A stretch of DNA of 64,000 nucleotides from NCBI GenBank assembly GCA_051294905.1, contig CM119381.1:18972001-19036000 (forward strand), read 5' to 3'. Under the pieces are notes generated by a model that was not told the origin of the DNA, made no database searches, and worked only from the letters and a program-made list of their open reading frames with translations. Numbering within the stretch: the first letter of the stretch is position 1; every line of letters begins with the position of its first letter. Below, in pieces: positions 54,501-63,500 of this stretch. The translations under genes were made by a program, and so were the position numbers. Source of the DNA: Botryllus schlosseri (taxonomy: Eukaryota).

Positions 54501-57500
54501 GAGTTCGCTACAAAATGACTGTCAAAATAGTGATGTTATTCGAGAACAAGCGTCGCTTTATGATGATCACAAAATTTACTTTCCTTGACAGTCCCGAGAT
54601 ATTTTTGTTTCAATATAATTTGATCTCAAATACACTTTACGGGGTGTACTGTTTTGAGAAATAGTTATTAACTATGTGCCGCAGACTGTTGTTTCACAAA
54701 ACTTATAGAACTGCGGGTCAAGTCACGGACAGATTTGCTGGTGCGATATTTATATGGGTTCTATACGGGATGTACTTCCCCGCATACAAAGACAACATTC
54801 GACAATGTAATAGAATACGTTCTTGGACTTGAAACACTGCATAATTCAAACTAGTCTGTGTATGAAACCGTCTTAGTAAATAATGTAAGAGCAGAGAAAA
54901 TCAAAGTACTGTAATTTTCCATGTATAATGCGCAAAATTTTACTGATTTTTTGCCCTAAAATAGGGGGGTGCGTATTATACATGAGTACAGCAAGCCTTG
55001 AAAAATATCTGTCTCGATCAAAAACTTGAAATCACACCTTTTTCTTCATGTTTGTTTCCAATCGCGCATCACCTCTAGCCATCGTGATTCGTATTAAAGA
55101 GTGTAACGCGCTGCCAAATAGAGAAGCGTGTTGCCAATTAACGAAAAGCGTGTTGCCAAGTAACGAGAGTCTGTCTGCAAAGCACGCGATATCTTGCTGA
55201 GTTAGTTTGCTGTTTGTACACGAGCGAAATTAGGTCGCTGATTGCTACAAGCGTGCACGGCAATCCTTGCTAATTCATCGCGTCTACGACAGGTCGACAA
55301 TCGCATACGCAAGAGGGCATGTGCGCAAGATATAATCGCTTGCGTAATCAGTCGCATCTCCAACGGGACTGGTGCGCCCGACATAACCGTTGGCTTGAGC
55401 AATCGCATCTGTAATTGTAATAGGCCTCGTGCGCAAGATGTCGTTTGTCGCTAGCCTAAACTATCGCGTCGCCAGCCTCGCAGGCTTTGGCTACTATCTA
55501 CTTTCGTTTAGAGACAATGCCCTTAATTGTATTATGATTAGCGATGGTTATGTCATGATTGTTCGACAGTGACATCGCAAAACAGACAACATCGTATACT
55601 AAAACACAACTATTCATGTTCTGAAATGCAGGGTGCGTACTATACATGGGTACAGGCTTTTTCCCAGAATCTACACGCCATTTTAAGGGTGCGTATTATA
55701 CATGGGGGCGCACTATATTCGGAAAATTACGGTACCTGTATTTGGTACAGTCAACATCTGTCTGGAACCTCATGACATGTGCAGGCTAAATTTGATCTGC
55801 GTATCGCAACTCTTTCCGTTGTATTACCAGAGAAAGTCCTCAACACATTCGCCGATAAGCATTGACATTTTGGACCCGGACTATGCCGCGGAGGTATCTG
55901 CGTTTGCGCGGGATTTCTACGATACCGGTGTCACAATGGGTGAGAGCGACATTGCCAACCTCACCGGCGCGATCGGCCGTAACGAGGAAGCCCGTCATAT
56001 CGACCAGTCAAACGGAAAGATGAGCCAGAATTCTGAAACCTCCAGCATGTATTCGATCGAGGGTGAGCGATGTAGCAATTGAAGTTGACTGAGACAATTA
56101 GAGTGCCAAAATGATGCTGCTATCAACCAAAACACTTGTTATTTACGACTGATATTTCAGCGTTGAGGCAGCTCAGCTCATTGTTTCATCAGATCTAGCA
56201 TCACAAGATTATGATGCTATAACTTGGCAAAGTCAATCAATCAAACTCGTAACTTGTTGACAGCTAGAGTAAAAACAGGAAGAACGTGTTAAGAGACGTG
56301 CACATTTCACTGCTGTGCACACTCGAAGGGAAATAGGCCTTCACAAATTTCAATATGATATTCATATCAGTGATTGCCAACCAGTGGGTGGCATCATAAA
56401 TCTTGCAATAAAAGTGGGTCGCAAACTGAAAAAAGGTTGGGAAGCACTGATGGACTGATTCATATCAAATTTCTGTCTAAGTGGTGGACACCGTGACTCA
56501 TGGACTGGAATACCGAAAATCTTTATTGCCGAGTGTATTACGTGACAAGCCCGTTTGATATCGAGTTTCTTGGTGGTTCCATGCAATGTTTGATGTTGAA
56601 CTGGGTCCCTGATTTTTGAGGCTGGGCAAAACCGGGTGTCCGAGTGATTCGAGTAGGATTCAAATATTATCCTTCAAGTCGATCGTTCTGGTACCATCCA
56701 TTATATAACAGCAATAATGATGCCCCAGTTACATGTCATCCATAATAATTTCGTATTTCTGGACCATGGCTATTTCGTAGCACTTTCCGACCATCGCGAC
56801 GATCACACCGGTGGGAATGAAGTATGAAAACGATCTTTGTCCAGCCCTACTGATTTTCCAAGCCCTCTTTCGAACGAGAAAGGATCGCTTTTAGTGCTGT
56901 CTTGACAGACTTCGCATTGTCGCGCCTCAGTCTTGACTGGCCGGATGTGAATTTGTCTTCCGCCAATTTCTTGCAGACAGCGTCGAGGGAAAAATCGACT
57001 TGAGCAGTCAGACTAGCAGCGATACCGATAAGTCCAGCCAGCAGAGACCTGCAACGCCAGCTCCTGTCGCAGCCAAGGCACCGACTTTAAAGATACCGGT
57101 GGGTGTCCTGACCTTTTTAAACGATATCTGTGCTTCGGAAGCGTTTGGCAGTGAATTTATTACTTGGTCAATTCGCCGTGTTGAATTGTGCACTTGACGA
57201 ATTTGACTGTAAAAATGCGATAAATAGTATTGTAATGAAAGCAATGCATCAATATTGTAATAATGATTCCGAAAATGATAAATTAGGCTGAATATGAGCG
57301 TGAATTGTGGTATACGGGACTTGGTATGTATGTATTTACGTTTCGGATTAGGATTAGGTAGGTTAGGTTTAGAGCAGGGGCAGGCAACTTCTCCAGTAGG
57401 CGGGCCGGATATAGGGAAATGAAGTACTTGGCGGGCCGTATTCCTGATTCGTGTATTTACCCACCTATTAGGAATTATTCGTGTTTAATCCAATGTAAAG

Positions 57501-60500
57501 CATGGAGACCAAAATGGTAGTCACTGAATTTATTAACGTAATGTACTTCAATAGCTGTTGAAGTCAATGAGACGTCTGTGGTCGATCAAAGCTGTAAACA
57601 AGTTCTTTGAACTCTGGCTGCATGTTGGACGTACAAATCCTTAGTAAAGACTGCACGTGAACATGTGAACATAAGTTAAATTGGAACGTCGCTCTGTCTT
57701 GTTAATGTTCATGGTCGAAAACGTTTGCTCGCAAATGTATGTTGATTCGAGCTGCGGGCCACATCATATAAGACTGGAAGCTGTCGCGGGCCGTATGTTG
57801 CCGCCCCTGGTTAAGAGGTAGTAGAATCGCCGAGTTTACCAGTAACCCGATTTTACAGCGAGTAAAAAAATTATCCAAGATGACTCAGACTGACAGCCGT
57901 CACGATCCGGAGAAAGCGAAAGAAGCCATCGAGAGATTGCAGGAAAGATTACAGGTACGTTGAAAGATCGCAACGCTAAAACGCGTCTTCAAAATGTTGC
58001 TCTCCGCAACGCGTCAGGAACTGGAGGACGAGTCGACGAAACTGAAAAAGACTTCGCAAACCACGGAAGAGACTTTGCTGAAAAGGATCGAAGAACTGGA
58101 GGAGAAGGAGAGAGCGTCGGAACGGGAAAAGGAGAGTCTGAAGCAGAGTTTTGAGAGCGACATGCTCAAGTTTCAGCAGATGCGGAAACAGCTGCAGGTC
58201 GCCGAGACCAAACTGGAACAGGTGCCGTCGGGTTTGCTTTTTTTGGTTGTGACGTGAGGCGGGAAGTGGCAAAGTACTTCCATGTTGTCGTAGTAATCAA
58301 GTAGGTTTGCTCACTTACACTGCTTACTCGAATGGTTATGTTTGTAGACTACTATCACTTTTGCTTGAACAGTTATTTGAGCAAAAGAAATTACTTTTTA
58401 TCAGTGAAATCGTAGTAAGGCCTGCGTGTTGCTCCTAGTTTGTCATTTCTTACTGCCTTAACTGCTCTCTCAGTTGATAAAAGCCTTAGTTATTCTGCGT
58501 AATGAAGGTCATCACAGCCACTATATCACGATAACTGCTGAATGTATCTTCCGAAGAATCGCCCCTATCTGTAGTGTCCTTAGTCACTCTGCGCTGGTTG
58601 TGACTCTTGTGGACACATCCTGTAGTCATCGCTGCTGCTCATGTAAAAATTTTAAACGCATCCAGAACTACTTGAGTGGAGATAGAAAAGGAAAGATCTG
58701 AAAAGTAGTCGGTCACTCACAGAAGTGATGTAATGCAGACTCACCTAAAAGCACTTTCTACTATTCAAAATCCAGCATGAAAAGTTTGCTCTTTTGTCTT
58801 GAAAAACTGATCAAGTAGGTGAAATTGCCTAAACACATGACCACTCAAGTAAGCAGTGCAAGCAGAAAAAACCTACTTATCTACCTCTGCCTAACTTCAG
58901 CCTGCATGCTATTGTGTGGTGCGTGCCCTTGCCAGATTTGTGGAAGACTCTGTTTGCCGCTTTAGAGCAAGGCCCGGGAGCGCACGAGCGAGTCCAACCT
59001 GGCGTACATGACTCAAGGCATGCAGCGCGACCGCGAGGCCCACCTGCGCGAGATCGTCGACCTGAGAAAGTACGTCGAGTTCAAAGACAAGGAGCTGGAC
59101 GCGTCAATAAAGCGCGCCACTTCGTCCGAGGTCTGTACGTCGCGGTCCGTGACTCGGGGCACATTTAAATTCACGCGTTGCGCCTGTGGCCGCAGATCGC
59201 GCTGATACGGACGAAGGAAGCTTACCATGTCGCCGCTCTGACGCATGCCGGGACGCATTCGGAGCAGGCGGCCGGGGAGTTTGCGGAGGCGCTGGCAAAG
59301 ATAGCTGACGGGCTTCCGGAGAACATACTCAGGCAGTTTGAGATCGCGCACGGCGTTTGGAAGAAGAATGTGGTGACGTGTGACGAATCTATCGCTACTC
59401 TTAAGGTGGGTAATTCCTAAGCTGTTTTCCACCCTGATTCTCAACTGTGTCGCGAATCTTTTTGAAAAGAGCACTACAAATATTTGAAATAAAGCATGCA
59501 TACAAGTAGTCTATATACGTTCTAATTACTTCAACAACAGATTCGTACGCATATGTGACGATAATATTGCGTCGCTGGAGAAGTGTAATGTGTTTGAGTC
59601 CTAATTAGGCTGCACACTGCCAGGTTGGTGTAGTGCAGTGGTTCTTAACACTTATTGACCGTGGGAACCCTTTTGCCTTAGCCAAACCTTAGTTTGTGCT
59701 GAATCGCGCAGCATTTGCGGCATTAAATCGAGCTTGCGTCTCATTATTTTATGTTGTAAATTTTCATCAGGCCGCCTACGCAACGGTCGTCGAGCAACTC
59801 AATTCGGGCCGCCCGTTGTCCGAACTGGCGCCGGTACCTGACCTTCAGCCCCCGCCGCCTGGACCTGACCCGAGACGCATGATGATGGAATTTCACAGGA
59901 CTGGGCAAAGTAAGCGAGTTTCCGCAGTCGTGTGTTTTGACGGATTCATGACCACCAGACCACCAGATTTCAAAGGAAGTAAAAATGGCAGTGTTCTAGA
60001 CTTTATTTTGTCTGAAAACTGATGCTGGAGTGGAAATAATGATGTATATTTCTACCTGAGTACTTACCCATTTCCAAGTAAGTACAAAAGTATGTGTTCT
60101 CTGAAGTGTTTCGGTCTAAAAACAAAACTAGCTATTTATGAGTTAGTAAAAACCAGGCAATGTTGCTTTGCTTTATTTAATAATGGAAAACTGTAAAGTA
60201 GAAGTAGTCTAAAACCGTAGATAGTTGCGGAAGTAGTGCAAGTTGACAAAACCTGCTGGAGTACTTTAAAAAAGTACAATCACTGCCTCTAATTGCAGTT
60301 GCCTTGTCGAACGGCATCCAAGCGCACGACGGCTCGGGCGACAGTAAAAGATCGAACGGACTCGAAAGGTGAATGAAACGCACTTTTTCTTGTTCTAGAT
60401 TTTTGATTTAATGTTTTTCGTCATCAGTGCCTTGCCCAACGCTGCGGCTGCCTTGCCGAAACCAAAATCGCAAGCCCTTCCTTCAAAGTCGATGCCGCGT

Positions 60501-63500
60501 ACCAGCGAGCCGGCTCCTGTATCGGTACAGGTAGGACGTGGCGCTTTCCGGAATTCGTACGACGTGAATTAAGTAGCTGGTTCATGGTACAGAACTCGAA
60601 GATAGCTTTCAATACAACATACGTTGTAGTAAAACATTTAGTAAACTCAAATACTCTTCGGGTGCCTCATATCAACAGTTATCGGCGCACTAAAGGGATT
60701 TAAACAGATTCAGAAGCAAAACCAATAAGATGAGTATGATGTTGCAATCAAAATTACACATCATGAACTTCGCATTGTAGAAGTGGCAACAATAAACTTT
60801 AAAATATACGGTACTATGTACGTTACGAATATACGACTCAATTTAAAATTTCATTTCAGCCACCGATCGGTGCCGAATTGACGAAGGCCCCGAAGAAGAA
60901 GAGTTTCCTTTTGCTTGTGGAAAAATTGTCGAAAAATATCCCGCAGTTGTCGAAGTAAGTTCAGTTTTTGCTTCGCTAAAAATAGAAGTTTTGATCACCC
61001 AAGGTTCAAATTTCACAGGAATTGATGAGTTGGATCAGAGGTTCCCAAAGTAGGCGCCAGCGCCCCCTGGGGACGTTCGCAAGCGTAAAGGGGGCGCTGG
61101 TTATAAAATTGGGCGGTAGGGGCCGCTGAGAGCAAATGGGGGCGGTGTGGGTTCAGAAGGCTGGGTATAGCGTTGAAACTATTGATTAATAAATCAGCTA
61201 AATTCGCAGTAAAATGCATAATGAATTCAGTAAGGGCAATTTAGGGTTGTCTGTCTATTTATTCAGCTGTACCGGAAAAGTCCATTGTTACTTGACAATG
61301 TTGATCCTGCCCATCAATGGACTAATTTAGCAGTCGGCAGCATCCCCGAAAAGCGTGGTTCAGTCTGTGTTGTCAGAACTACGAAGTATTTGAGCAGTTA
61401 TTGCTCACTGCAAGGTGTGATGGTTTTTCAAGAGAAAGTGTCTTCCGCGATTTTATTCTCTATTTCAAACGATCGTGGATTTTCCACTGTGGTCTTAAAC
61501 ATAACGTTCTGATTGCGAGAAACGACATTGCTCCTATGTGACGGTAGCTCAAAAAAAGTTTGGGAAACACTGAGTTAGATGAAGACGCGAGTTTAATGAA
61601 AACTCAAACAGATACGACCACATCCATTCCAGCTGCTGTTATGTACGTTAATTTGCAGTCTCTGCCGAAAAAAAAATCGAGCGATTTTAGAGGCTCGCGT
61701 CACATACGCTTGGAGCGCAGAGAAAAAACTTGTCCTAGATTCAGTCTTTTTTAAAAAGTGAATTGAAGATATCGACAGCATATCAGATCATGTTGCGCCT
61801 TGCTCTTTCTTGCTCTTTTAGTTTTGTTCTTTTCCTAATACACCAATGCCGGCGCAGCTTAGCAGATGACGGATGATAGCGATTTATCGCGTCTGTATAT
61901 AGATGTACCAATTTTGTACTGATATATGGTAACCGTGACTAATTTATTATTATAGGATCATTGGTCTGATCTGTGTACTTGAATACGGTGTCATCGGTTG
62001 CACTGTTCATGTGTGCTTCTGTAACCAACCACCTTGCCTCTACTCGGTATATGAAGATCTATTCGTATATGCAATAACTGTGGTTCGTAACCAGTTTTCC
62101 CTGCAACTGGTATCACGCGCGCTGTTCTGTTTCGACCGAGCAATACAAAGAAGTCTCACTGATTTGCTATAAATATTCGATATAATGTTTTCGTTTTGTG
62201 TGAAAATCATATTATGATAGTTTTGTTCTTTTTGTCCACCAGTGATCTGTAGCAATGTGTTGTATGTGTATTGCCGTGAGTGTTCCCCGTGTTAATAAAG
62301 CTCAAGAACCACTGCGCTATGTATTTGAAGGAACGAGGTGGAAACATGCGCTCAAATCGTCCGCAATGATAACAACGGATTGACCGGGCTCACTTACGAC
62401 GAGATCGAACGCCGCGTTCGTCAGATATCTGGATTGGACAATTCCATGGTATTGTTATTACGCAGTGTTATGTTACTCAGAATTGTATCGATCGGTTGCG
62501 TCATCACAGTCATTTTGCTCTGTAACGAAGATGCATCTTCAAATTTCAAAATTTGCCCGCTCCGATTTGCAAAAAATCTTATGCAAAGCCTCGATCAAAT
62601 CTCACTCGAGTACTTTCCAGACCATTCTTTTTGTACCAATTAGATTTGGCATTTATTGGAAATCGTTGGTACTCGGGTAGAAGTAGAATTAACAACGTAA
62701 TTTCTACGCAGGTACAAGTAGTAGTGAGTTTCAAGATAGCAAAAAGGTAAGTATATTCCACGCCTAGTTTTGCCTATAAGACTGAAAACAGAAGTATTGT
62801 AGTGGTGCAAAAACAAACCGCTGAAGTAGGATAAAAACTGCTTCAGTACTTTGAAAAGTAAGAATACTTTGTTACTGACATCCTCTGGTAGTTACAGCTT
62901 GAAAGCACCGGTTGTTATAGGCTCATAACACTTTCTATTTAGAATCCCGTGCCTCTCATGTCCATGCCCTCTTCCGGACAACAGAACTGGAAACTAGACG
63001 ACGCAACAGCGTTTCGAACCTTGGCTCGGGTATGTTTGCGAGAGTGTTTGCGTCGATGCCTTGGGTAAAATTTTTATTCTTTCAAAAGACTGGCGATGAT
63101 GAAGAAGCCCTTTGTCCGATCTGTTGCGACCCGCTGAAGGACGGTCATATTTCGATGTTGGAATGCTCCCACAGGTGAACTGCGTTGTTTCTCTTCTCAA
63201 ATGGTAGAGTCGAATTTGAACATGAATTTTTAAACAGTGTAATTGTGTCATTTGTGTGCGTTTGGCTATTTACTTATGAATATTAACACCGCAGCGGTGA
63301 TAGCTTGTGATCAGTATCGGTGCAATGAAAACATTTAGCCTGTTTGATTATGGATTGGTATTTTTGACTGCCACGGTAGCGCAGTGGTTGCATGTCTAAG
63401 AACCCAGCAGCTCGTAAGCTAAACTGGTGTCGCCGTTTGTAAATTTGGTTCTGGTGTGGGTCGGCTTTGTCTTTAGAAGCACTGATTCATGATTATGTGA

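Noticed and set aside
59013-59501. 162-aa - strand ORF, and 57976-58272, 45046-45270, 47563-47817
   Set aside because: Antisense shadows of TTC3 exons; the gypsy-RT-like VRKFLEFVNY in 47563-47817 is the reverse frame of a clear TTC3 exon
59636-59690. Solo Charlie-like TIR ends (also ~21905-21921 and ~11265-11282)
   Set aside because: No matching partner end or TSD found; probably truncated MITEs
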